Of a stretch of DNA of 36,275 nt, positions 18,524-26,745 are shown piece after piece. How positions within the stretch are numbered: the stretch's first letter is position 1; the number at the start of each line of letters is the position of its first letter. Source of the stretch: Theionarchaea archaeon (GTDB lineage Archaea > Methanobacteriota_B > Thermococci > Methanofastidiosales > SZ-28-30); assembly GCA_018992565.1 (NCBI GenBank), contig JACVGW010000016.1:1-36275 (forward strand), written 5' to 3'. The notes beneath the pieces are model-generated. The model made no database searches. It worked only from the letters and a program-made list of their open reading frames with translations, and had not been told where the DNA came from. Both the position numbers and the translations under genes were made by a program.

Positions 18524-20139
18524 TCATAAGAAATGGAACAGTACACGATCCTGCCAATAATATTAATGGCGAAAAGATGGATATTTTTGTTGAAAAAGGA
18601 AAAATAGTAGATGAATCAGATCTAAAAGATACAAGAGAAATCGACGCTTCTGGGCTGCTGGTCATGCCCGGAGGTGTGGAAATCCACACACATATTGCAG
18701 GAAGTAAGGTAAATATTGCCAGGATTATGCGACCTGAAGACCACAGAAAAGACGTTGTCAAGAAGACGCAATACAGGAGGAGCGGAACGGGATATACTGT
18801 CCCCACGACCTTCACCATTGGGTACCGGTATGCAGAAATGGGATACACAACTGTGTGGGAAGCTGCAACACCCCCCTTGGGGGCACGTCATTCTCATGAA
18901 GAGCTCATGGATATTCCTCTTGTAGATAAGGGGATTTTTACCTTGATGGGCTCCAACTACTTTGTGCTCAAGTACACAGAAGAAGGAGAGTTCGAGAAGT
19001 TGAAGAATTTCGTGGCCTGGCTTCTCTATGCCACAAGAGGGTATGCAGTGAAGATCGTCAACCCAGGAGGTGTGGAAAACTGGAAGTGGGGAAAGAATGT
19101 TAATTCTCTGGATGATACAGTCCAGAACTTTAATGTGACTCCCAGAGAGATCCTGAAAAACCTGGCAAGGGCAGCAGATGAACTCCACCTCCCACATTCT
19201 ATTCACATCCACTGCAATAACCTGGGGTCTCCCGGCAACTATGCTATAACCAAGGAGACTATTGAGATGCTGGCTCCATACAGACGGCATATAACCCACA
19301 TACAGTTCAATTCATATGCAGGAGAGGATTGGGCCACCTTCACATCAGGAGGAAGCGACATAGCTGCTGTCCTCAACAAATCGAAGAACGTCACCTGTGA
19401 TGTGGGCCAGGTTATCTTTGGGGATGCCACCACCATGACAGCTGATGGTCCCTGGCAGCACACGCTCTTCAAGCTCAGCGGGAACAAGTGGGCCAACTCA
19501 GATGTGGAAATGGAAACAGGAGCAGGTATTGTCCCCTACAAGTTCAAGAAGAAGAATGTAGTCAATGCGATCCAGTGGAGCATAGGACTCGAAGTCCTGC
19601 TCCTGACAAAAGATCCCTACAAGGTCTTCCTCACCACAGATCACCCCAATGCAGGTCCCTTCTACTTCTATCCTCACGTCATGGAACTTTTAATGAGTAA
19701 GAAAAAACGGGAGGAAATGATAGAGAAAGTCCACCCCCTGGTGAAAGAACGTTCAGCACTCTCGTCCATAGACAGAGAATACACCTTATCTGACATAGCA
19801 GTCGTCACCAGAGCAGGAACAGCACAAGCACTGGGCATGACTGCCAAGGGACACCTGGGGGCAGGTGCTGACGCTGATATCTCCATATACAATTTTGATG
19901 AAGAGAACATTCAAAAGAGCTTCCAGAAGGCAGCCTACACCATCAAGGATGGAGTGATCGTGGTAAAAGATGGCAATGTAGTGGCAGATTACATGGGTAG
20001 AACGTACATATTGGATGTGAAGGCAGACCTCTCTGAAGAGGAAAAACGAATATTCTCCAAGTACTATACAGTCCAGCTTGCCAATTATCCAGTGGAGGAT
20101 GCATATCTTCCCCGGAAGGAGGTGGTGACATGCGCATAA
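18520..20139 (+). CDS. fwdA: Formylmethanofuran dehydrogenase subunit A (amidohydrolase fold)
   Basis: PGGVEIHTHIAG, KIVNPGG, HIHCNNLG, TTDHPNAGPF, GADAD. Confidence 0.95.
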   Translation: MIIRNGTVHDPANNINGEKMDIFVEKGKIVDESDLKDTREIDASGLLVMPGGVEIHTHIAGSKVNIARIMRPEDHRKDVVKKTQYRRSGTGYTVPTTFTIGYRYAEMGYTTVWEAATPPLGARHSHEELMDIPLVDKGIFTLMGSNYFVLKYTEEGEFEKLKNFVAWLLYATRGYAVKIVNPGGVENWKWGKNVNSLDDTVQNFNVTPREILKNLARAADELHLPHSIHIHCNNLGSPGNYAITKETIEMLAPYRRHITHIQFNSYAGEDWATFTSGGSDIAAVLNKSKNVTCDVGQVIFGDATTMTADGPWQHTLFKLSGNKWANSDVEMETGAGIVPYKFKKKNVVNAIQWSIGLEVLLLTKDPYKVFLTTDHPNAGPFYFYPHVMELLMSKKKREEMIEKVHPLVKERSALSSIDREYTLSDIAVVTRAGTAQALGMTAKGHLGAGADADISIYNFDEENIQKSFQKAAYTIKDGVIVVKDGNVVADYMGRTYILDVKADLSEEEKRIFSKYYTVQLANYPVEDAYLPRKEVVTCA

Positions 20140-21029
20140 ACGACGTTGAAATTGTAGACACCTTTGCAGAAGCCTTTAAAATGTATGCCTCACGCGTGCT
20201 TGTCACTGCCATCAATGAAGAATGGGCCATGAACTCCGCCTCTACAGTAGCGGGGTTTGGAACGTCAGTGATCATGTGTGGATGTGAGGCAGGTATTGAA
20301 GGAGCTACCATGGAGACTCCTGATGGCAGGCCGGGAGTAAATATTCTCCTATTCGCCAACTCTACCAAGGACCTGGGAGACCAGTTGATGCGCCGGATTG
20401 GTCAGTGCGTCATGACTTCCCCGACGTCAGCCTGTTTTAACAACTTACTGGGAGAGAAGGAGTTTGTGGTGGGAGGACAACTCCGGTACTTTGGGGATGG
20501 ATTCCAGATCTCAAAACGACTGAACCCCACTCCCGAATACCCCAAGGGACGGCGGTTCTGGAGAATTCCTGTCATGGGCGGGGAATTCTTATGTGAAGAA
20601 ACCTTCCAGGCTGCCAAGGCAGTAGGTGGAGGTAATTTCCTGATAATAGGGAGAGGTATTGAACCTGTGCTGGAAGCTTCAGGAAAAGCAGTGCAGGCAA
20701 TTCGAGAGGTACCATGTGTCATTGCTCCCTTTCCCGGGGGTGTGGTTCGTTCAGGCAGCAAGGTAGGTTCCAGGTACAAGTTCCTTGCAGCTTCCACCAA
20801 TACTGCGTATTGTCCCATGGTCAAGTCTCAGGTAGAGTCAGACCTCACCGAAGAAGAAAATTGTGTCCTGGAAATCGTCATCGATGCAGTTGATATCGAA
20901 TCCATGAACAAGGCCATGCACGAGGGTATCCATGCTGCCTGTACTACTGAAGGTGTCACCCGGATTTCTGCAGGAAATTATGGTGGAAATTTAGGCAAGT
21001 ACATTATCAACTTGAAAGAGGTGATCTAA
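20130..21029 (+). CDS. ftr: Formylmethanofuran--tetrahydromethanopterin N-formyltransferase
   Basis: DTFAEAF, TSVIMCGCEAG, TPDGRPG, RIGQCVMT, FPGGVVRSGSKVGSRY, SAGNYGG. Confidence 0.96.
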   Translation: MRINDVEIVDTFAEAFKMYASRVLVTAINEEWAMNSASTVAGFGTSVIMCGCEAGIEGATMETPDGRPGVNILLFANSTKDLGDQLMRRIGQCVMTSPTSACFNNLLGEKEFVVGGQLRYFGDGFQISKRLNPTPEYPKGRRFWRIPVMGGEFLCEETFQAAKAVGGGNFLIIGRGIEPVLEASGKAVQAIREVPCVIAPFPGGVVRSGSKVGSRYKFLAASTNTAYCPMVKSQVESDLTEEENCVLEIVIDAVDIESMNKAMHEGIHAACTTEGVTRISAGNYGGNLGKYIINLKEVI

Positions 21030-21835
21030 TGTTCTTGAATCCTTTGTTGAAGACTGCTATCCCCGTGACAGCTCCCTGTATAGCCCCTGATTGTTTTTCG
21101 GGAAAATCTGTGAAGGAAATCAAGGCCCTGACAGTCTACTACGGGAATAAGGAGAAACATCTCCAGGACCTGTTTGACATCAAGGATGACGGCCAGGATG
21201 TGATAACCCTTGGTTCTGTTCCCACAGTCAAGTACATTGGGAAAGGAATGACTGCAGGGTCTATTGTGGTAAAAGGCGATGCGGGAATGCACCTGGGTGC
21301 TGAAATGAAAGGTGGCCGTATTACGGTTGAGGGAAGTGTCTCTGACTGGGCAGGTGCTGAAATGAAAGGTGGAGAAATCTTCATCGCCGGGAACGCGGGT
21401 CACTGCCTGGGTGGAGCCTACAGAGGAAGCAAATCAGGAATGAACAAAGGGCTGATTGTAGTGAAGGGGAATGCAGGAACCGAAGTGGGAGGACTGATGA
21501 AGAAGGGCATCATCGTGGTAGAGGGAACCCTTGGAGATGCAGCGGGCTGCAATATGAAAGGAGGAACTCTCATCTGCTACGGACGTCCTGGTGACAGGCT
21601 GGGCGCCTTCATGCAGAGAGGAAGCATCGTGCTCTATGAGAGCCCTTACCTCTTGCCCACATTCACCTACAATGCGGTATACAACCCCACCTGGCTGCGT
21701 GTATTCCTGCGAGAGCTTGCAAAGACTCCCTACAAGATACCCATTACCCAGGGCCACATAGAAGGAGCTTACAGGAGGTATAATGGGGACATTTCTGAAT
21801 TGGGAAAAGGAGAAATCCTTGTCTTTCAGGGATAA
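21029..21835 (+). CDS. fwdC: Formylmethanofuran dehydrogenase subunit C
   Basis: Repeated GxxMxxGxIxVxG beta-helix motifs; GD...GKGEI C-terminus. Confidence 0.95.
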   Translation: MFLNPLLKTAIPVTAPCIAPDCFSGKSVKEIKALTVYYGNKEKHLQDLFDIKDDGQDVITLGSVPTVKYIGKGMTAGSIVVKGDAGMHLGAEMKGGRITVEGSVSDWAGAEMKGGEIFIAGNAGHCLGGAYRGSKSGMNKGLIVVKGNAGTEVGGLMKKGIIVVEGTLGDAAGCNMKGGTLICYGRPGDRLGAFMQRGSIVLYESPYLLPTFTYNAVYNPTWLRVFLRELAKTPYKIPITQGHIEGAYRRYNGDISELGKGEILVFQG

Positions 21836-21892
21836 CCTTCCTGTTTTCCTACAGGAGAATCCCCCACAGAACCTTCATACCAGAGTGACACG

Positions 21893-21905
21893 AAAACCTT
21901 TATAT
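21893..21905 (+). promoter_or_regulatory. BRE/TATA promoter of pfdB-DHH
   Basis: AAAACC-TTTATAT, then SD AGGTGA at 21928-21933. Confidence 0.6.
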
Positions 21906-21937
21906 GGTATTATCCGGAACAGAATTCAGGTGATTTT

Positions 21938-22291
21938 ATGCAGGAGATTCCTCCTAATGTACAGCATGAAATTCAACAATTTCAACAAGTTGAGCAGCAA
22001 TATCAAATGGTAGTCTCCCAGAAGCAGAAATTGTCAATCGAACTCAACGAGACTACTCTAGCTCTGGAAGAATTGGAAAAAGAGACAGATACTGTTTACA
22101 AGAGCATCGGAAGCATACTGGTTAAATCAAACAAGGAAGACCTCAAGAAAGAGCTGGAAGAGAAAAAAGAGAACCTGGAAGTGAGGACCACCTCCCTGGA
22201 GCGGCAGGAACAGCGACTGTTGGAGAAATTGAAGAACATGCGCGCGAAAATTGAGCAGATGTTGGGTACTGCAGGAGTCCAGGCGGGATGA
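21938..22291 (+). CDS. pfdB: Prefoldin subunit beta
   Basis: IPPNVQ..QFQQ, ALEELEK, VYKSIGSILV, coiled coils. Confidence 0.93.
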   Translation: MQEIPPNVQHEIQQFQQVEQQYQMVVSQKQKLSIELNETTLALEELEKETDTVYKSIGSILVKSNKEDLKKELEEKKENLEVRTTSLERQEQRLLEKLKNMRAKIEQMLGTAGVQAG

Positions 22292-23268
22292 GAAGTTGTG
22301 TCCTGGATGTACTTGAACGAGAATCCTCGTTTCTCATTCTCATTCATTCCAATGCAGACCCAGATGCTGTAGGGTCTGCAGTTGCGTTGAAAGAGTTTCT
22401 GAAGCTCAAGAATAAGCGAGCCGAGATCTGCTGCCAGAGTGTCAACCGCATGGGCAAGTACCTGCTGAAGAACTTGGGTGAATCTATTGTGAGTGAGGAC
22501 ATACCTGAGGCGGACGCAGTGGTCATACTGGACACAGCCTCCTTGTCCCAGCTGGGGACCTGTGCAGCATATCTGAATGATGATACCAGGACCGTGGTGG
22601 TGATTGACCATCACCGTGAGTCCTCTTTCACCCAGTACGTGTACTTGTGTGAGGACAGAACTTCAACTGCAGAAATCCTGTTTGATTTGCTCCCCCAGAA
22701 AAACAAGAAAATCAACCTGGCACTGCTGGGTGGTATCTTAACAGATACGGGAAACTTCAAGTATGCAACCCGGCAGACATTTCAGACAGTAGAGAAGATT
22801 CTGGGGGAAGGAGTAGAACTCTACGAAGTCTTTGACATGTTCAGTGAACACAAGAATGTACCCAAGAGAATCGCCATCATCAAGGGGTGCCAGAGATCGA
22901 AGCTTCACAAGATTGGGAATTATCTGGTTATTACCACCAAGGTCAATTCTCATGAATCAAGTACTGCAACGTTTTTGACCCAGGTTGCAAATGTGGTTTT
23001 TGTGGCCAATGAGAAGGGAAGTAGAATAATCGCTAAGGCTTCCCAGGACGTTGACATTGATCTGTCCAGAATCATGAAAGAGATTGGTCAGTTGTACAAC
23101 GGGGATGGGGGAGGACACAGGAAAGCTGCAGGTGCTTCAGGAGAGTCCATCAGTGAAGCACTGGATCACTGTGTTGAACTGGTGAGAGCAGCATTATTCA
23201 AGAAGCCGAATCTTCTTCAAGAAACCAAAGATCAGGGTAAGTACAGAGACGCAGATGAGAGCACGTGA
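22288..23268 (+). CDS. DHH/DHHA1 family phosphoesterase (NrnA-like)
   Basis: HSNADPDA, ILDTA, IDHH, STAE, DTGNF, GGGH; conserved archaeal neighbour of pfdB. Confidence 0.9.
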   Translation: MRSCVLDVLERESSFLILIHSNADPDAVGSAVALKEFLKLKNKRAEICCQSVNRMGKYLLKNLGESIVSEDIPEADAVVILDTASLSQLGTCAAYLNDDTRTVVVIDHHRESSFTQYVYLCEDRTSTAEILFDLLPQKNKKINLALLGGILTDTGNFKYATRQTFQTVEKILGEGVELYEVFDMFSEHKNVPKRIAIIKGCQRSKLHKIGNYLVITTKVNSHESSTATFLTQVANVVFVANEKGSRIIAKASQDVDIDLSRIMKEIGQLYNGDGGGHRKAAGASGESISEALDHCVELVRAALFKKPNLLQETKDQGKYRDADEST

Positions 23269-23303
23269 AGACACAAAGTGAAGGAAAGATGAAAAAAGAA
23301 TAG

Positions 23304-24248
23304 CTAGATAAGCCATTTTCCGTTTTCCAGTATCACATCGTCATCAACAGCTAACGTTGGGTCCATGATAATACAATCAAGATGTACAGGTACATTCACC
23401 GTACCCCCAAACGACACGTTATTTCCAAAGGCCACATGGACTGTATTCATAGCCTTTTCATCTTCCAGTACATTTCCCACAACTCGTGCCTGATCGTTGG
23501 TGCCCACTCCCAGCTCTGCAACGCTCCGCGCCAGGTCACCGTGACGAGCAAGGGCCTGCTCCAACTGCGGGCATGCTTCAATTCGCTCAGCCAAACCGTT
23601 GCGAACAGTGATGGTTACAGGTTCTTCAAGTTTTCCAATTCCTGCAATAGCTCCATCTACCACCAGGACTCCATCTGAAACACCTTCCAGCGGGGCAACG
23701 TATGCTTCTCCTGCAGGGAGGTTGCCAAAATCTCCTTCATTGTGATAAAGTCCGTAATCAGGAAGGGCCTTCCTCCCTTTGAGAGGCAACGTGAGGTCAG
23801 TCCCCTTCTCTGTAGTAATTATTGCTGCATCTGCCGAGGAAAGGAGGTCGGCAATCTTCAGTGACCTCTCCTTGATTTTTCCATAGTCTGCAGATATTGC
23901 CCGTCTCATGATATCCTCAGTAATACCTGGCATGGTGGCAATCCTGACTCCGCTGGCACTTGCCTGCCGTCGAGCCTCAGTATGTGAGAGGGATGTGGAA
24001 GCGGGTACTACCAGTACATCAACAGATTTCATGGCCTCAGCCACCAGAGGATACGGCTCCTCTCCATGAATAGCAAGAGGCATCATTTCCAGCAAAAAGG
24101 CATTACTTTCCAATTCCACAGCTTTTTCAAATAAAGAGTATCCTACAGCTCGTAAAGGTCCATCACATAGTATGAGAGCACTTTCCCCTTTTTTCAAATC
24201 CATGCATTCAGTCCACACAATCTCAGAAGCCTTATCAAGTTGAGTCAT
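23304..24248 (-). CDS. Thermophilic metalloaminopeptidase (M29-like)
   Basis: GNLPAGEAY, AELGVGTN, EDEK, HVAFG, HLD; TTTTAAAA at 24269-24276 suggests a leaderless transcript. Confidence 0.88.
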   Translation of the reverse strand: MTQLDKASEIVWTECMDLKKGESALILCDGPLRAVGYSLFEKAVELESNAFLLEMMPLAIHGEEPYPLVAEAMKSVDVLVVPASTSLSHTEARRQASASGVRIATMPGITEDIMRRAISADYGKIKERSLKIADLLSSADAAIITTEKGTDLTLPLKGRKALPDYGLYHNEGDFGNLPAGEAYVAPLEGVSDGVLVVDGAIAGIGKLEEPVTITVRNGLAERIEACPQLEQALARHGDLARSVAELGVGTNDQARVVGNVLEDEKAMNTVHVAFGNNVSFGGTVNVPVHLDCIIMDPTLAVDDDVILENGKWLI

Positions 24249-24640
24249 GCATTTTCATCTTGATGTGGTTTTAAAAGGTTTGCCTTCATGTCAACCACCC
24301 CCTTTTGAGAAGAGATTGGCTTTTGACTCTAGACATCCTGAGTTAAGATCTTCATGAAAGAGATCTGCAGCAACTAAAACTTTTCCTCAGGGAAATGCAA
24401 AAACATGATAGAAAAAAAGCAACTCATGCAGTATTACTCGATTCACGGTAGATATTTCAACCGTAATTCACCCCACCCTTATTCAGTATAAACCTGATCT
24501 CTAGTATTTGGAGGAAAACGAAATACTGACGAAATCTTGATAAAAGTGATTTAATTATTGACCAACTTGACAAGAACCTTTTTATACCTATTACGAATTT
24601 AATGATGAGTACTTCGCCTTGAGCTTGAGGATGTGCTACG

Positions 24641-25846
24641 ATGAACCTGTCACATGAGAAATCAGATGGCTCCTACAAATGGTATGTGCTTGGCTTGGGA
24701 TCCTTGACCCATGCCCTCGTGGTAGCTATGCCTGTAATGTGCATGCCTGTTCTGTTCAACGAAATATCTGAGGACCTGGGATTAAGTCTCGTCCAGGTTG
24801 GAGCCATATGGGGCGTGGCTTCAGTTTCTGGGATGTTTTCAGGTCTGGTAGGTGGGTCAGCTGGTGATCGATTTGGCATTCGCCACACTGTAAGTATTGC
24901 TTGCTTGCTGGCTGGAGTGGCGGGTGCTGCACGAGGGATTTCAGGAGATTCTCTTACGTTAACAGTGACCAGTTTCATCTATGGCTTCCTGCCTCCAGCG
25001 ATAACACCTAATATCCATAAGATGTGTGGCGTCTGGTTCCCGGGAAAACGACTGGGAATGGCAAATGGTGTGGTGTCTGCAGGTATGGCACTGGGATTCA
25101 TGATGGGTTCCCTGGTGAGTGCCACTGTGCTGTCCCCCTGGCTTGGCGGATGGAGGAACGTCTTGTTCTTCTACGGTGCGCTCTCTGTTGCTGTTGGCAT
25201 CCCCTGGTGGAAGGTGCGATCTTCGCCCGATGAGTCTTCTGTCCAGGAGGGTTCCAGAGTTTCACTGCGGAAAGCACTCCCTCATGTGGGCAGTCTCAGG
25301 AGCGTATGGGCCTATGGATTGATCACACTGGGTATTGGAAGCTGTATCCAGGGATCACTTGGCTATTTGCCTTTGTACTTGAGAGCACTTGGATGGGCAG
25401 GACCCAGTGCTGATGGTGCTCTGGCCACGTTTCATGGAGTAAGCCTGCTCTTTACTATACCCTTGGCCTTGCTGTCGGATAGATGTGGGTCACGGAAGGG
25501 GATTCTTGTGATTGCCACTGTCATGACAATAGGGGGGGTAGGATTTCTGTCAATAGCTGATGGCATGATGATCTGGGTATTGGTCCTTCTTGCAGGCATT
25601 GTCCGTGATGGATATATGGCAATCCTCATGACAATGGTTATAGAAACCGAAGGAATCGGAGCAAAGTACGCTGGGACTGCCATGGGGATGACTGCAATCC
25701 TGTATCGGTTCGGCGGCTTCTTTTCGCCTCCTCTTGGCAACAGCCTGGCTGCCCTTAACCTGGGGCTGCCCTTCGTTTTCTGGGCAGGTACGGCCGCTTT
25801 AGCCTTCTTGGGACTATATTTTGTCAGAGAGCATGCACCTGGATAA
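24641..25846 (+). CDS. MFS transporter (CynX/NimT-like)
   Basis: About 12 hydrophobic segments; motif A GSAGDRFGIR and LSDRCGSRK. Confidence 0.92.
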   Translation: MNLSHEKSDGSYKWYVLGLGSLTHALVVAMPVMCMPVLFNEISEDLGLSLVQVGAIWGVASVSGMFSGLVGGSAGDRFGIRHTVSIACLLAGVAGAARGISGDSLTLTVTSFIYGFLPPAITPNIHKMCGVWFPGKRLGMANGVVSAGMALGFMMGSLVSATVLSPWLGGWRNVLFFYGALSVAVGIPWWKVRSSPDESSVQEGSRVSLRKALPHVGSLRSVWAYGLITLGIGSCIQGSLGYLPLYLRALGWAGPSADGALATFHGVSLLFTIPLALLSDRCGSRKGILVIATVMTIGGVGFLSIADGMMIWVLVLLAGIVRDGYMAILMTMVIETEGIGAKYAGTAMGMTAILYRFGGFFSPPLGNSLAALNLGLPFVFWAGTAALAFLGLYFVREHAPG

Positions 25847-26034
25847 AGATAACCAGCATGAAGAAGACATTAGGAACGTGATTACAGCGGTCAGGTGATC
25901 CATGAAACACCGCCATTCAAGATGTACTGTCAGTCGGTCGGGACAAAGAGTCACCATTCTGATCCGTGACAAGAATACCAATTGGAACTTCCTCCTGTAA
26001 TTCGGTTTCTTCTCTTATCATTACCGCTCTGGGG

Positions 26035-26054
26035 AAGAAAAAAATAAAAAATTT
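26035..26054 (-). terminator. Oligo-U terminator after TC-repeat gene
   Basis: Minus strand AAAATTTTTATTTTTTTTCTT directly after the TGA. Confidence 0.6.
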
Positions 26055-26061
26055 TGAAAGG

Positions 26062-26511
26062 TCAGCACGTCTCTGTCACGGCAGTGAGACATCCAGCGCT
26101 GCAGGTAACATCACAGGTAGAACAGGTAAAGCACGTTTCGCAGGTCGCTGTGCCGTTGCATGTCTCCCTGCATGTGTCAGGACATGATTCCAGGCATGTT
26201 ACAGGGCATGTCAGGCAATTCGTATCTGGAGAACACGTTGGGGTCATAGTGTAGGGGCAGAGTATATTCTGCGTATTTGGACCGATCCCTGATGCTGTGC
26301 AGTCTCCAAGAAGACAGTAGTCAAGTTCCCACCCTTTTTCTGTAGTGTAAAGAAATTCGCTTATGCTTGTGGGCAGAAATTTCATCTTGCTGCTGCTTTG
26401 TTCCATGCGGTATCTGTATAACGGCGTAGTGATTGAGGGGGCGGCTGCAGCATAGGTCGCAATTACGAGACCAAGGACAATGCCTGTTGCCACGAGTATC
26501 TTTTTGTTCGT
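26062..26511 (-). CDS. Secreted Thr-Cys-repeat protein / putative RiPP-like precursor, probable ACG start
   Basis: Signal peptide (M)NKKILVATGIVLGLVIATYAAA; the last 65 aa hold 15 Cys, 11 of them as TC; SD GGAGGTGA 4 nt before ACG 26511; ORF-track ATG at 26541. Confidence 0.75.
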   Translation of the reverse strand, partial: TNKKILVATGIVLGLVIATYAAAAPSITTPLYRYRMEQSSSKMKFLPTSISEFLYTTEKGWELDYCLLGDCTASGIGPNTQNILCPYTMTPTCSPDTNCLTCPVTCLESCPDTCRETCNGTATCETCFTCSTCDVTCSAGCLTAVTETC

Positions 26512-26543
26512 TTGGTCACCTCCTTTGGAGAGAATATACATAG

Positions 26544-26560
26544 AAGATTATAAATCTTTT
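26544..26560 (-). promoter_or_regulatory. BRE/TATA promoter inside an inverted repeat
   Basis: Minus strand AAAAGA-TTTATAA; AAGATT-ATA-AATCTT palindrome at 26544-26558. Confidence 0.55.
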
Positions 26561-26745
26561 GATGAAGTCTCAAGAACTTGCCAGATATCTAACGAATGAG
26601 CCAAAAGAACAGTTTCAAGAAGATGACTCCAGATACAGAAGAAAAGCCCTCTCTGCTCAGATAATTCGTCCTACGAAGGTCATTCCAAGTAATATTCTGC
26701 CAGTACTGGCCATTGTCAACCCACGTGGTTCATGTCAATTCACTA

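Noticed and set aside
21296..21372. 20-bp direct repeat GGTGCTGAAATGAAAGGTGG
   Set aside because: Encodes the normal GAEMKGG beta-helix repeats of FwdC; not a CRISPR or mobile-element repeat.
4161..21835. Possible selenocysteine (in-frame TGA) in HdrA, MvhD or FwdB
   Set aside because: All ORFs are uninterrupted and have Cys at the positions where Sec is known in homologs.
26062..26260. Short quasi-repeats (GGCATGT, CAGGT) resembling an array
   Set aside because: Explained by Thr-Cys codons of the minus-strand gene; no constant repeat-spacer structure.
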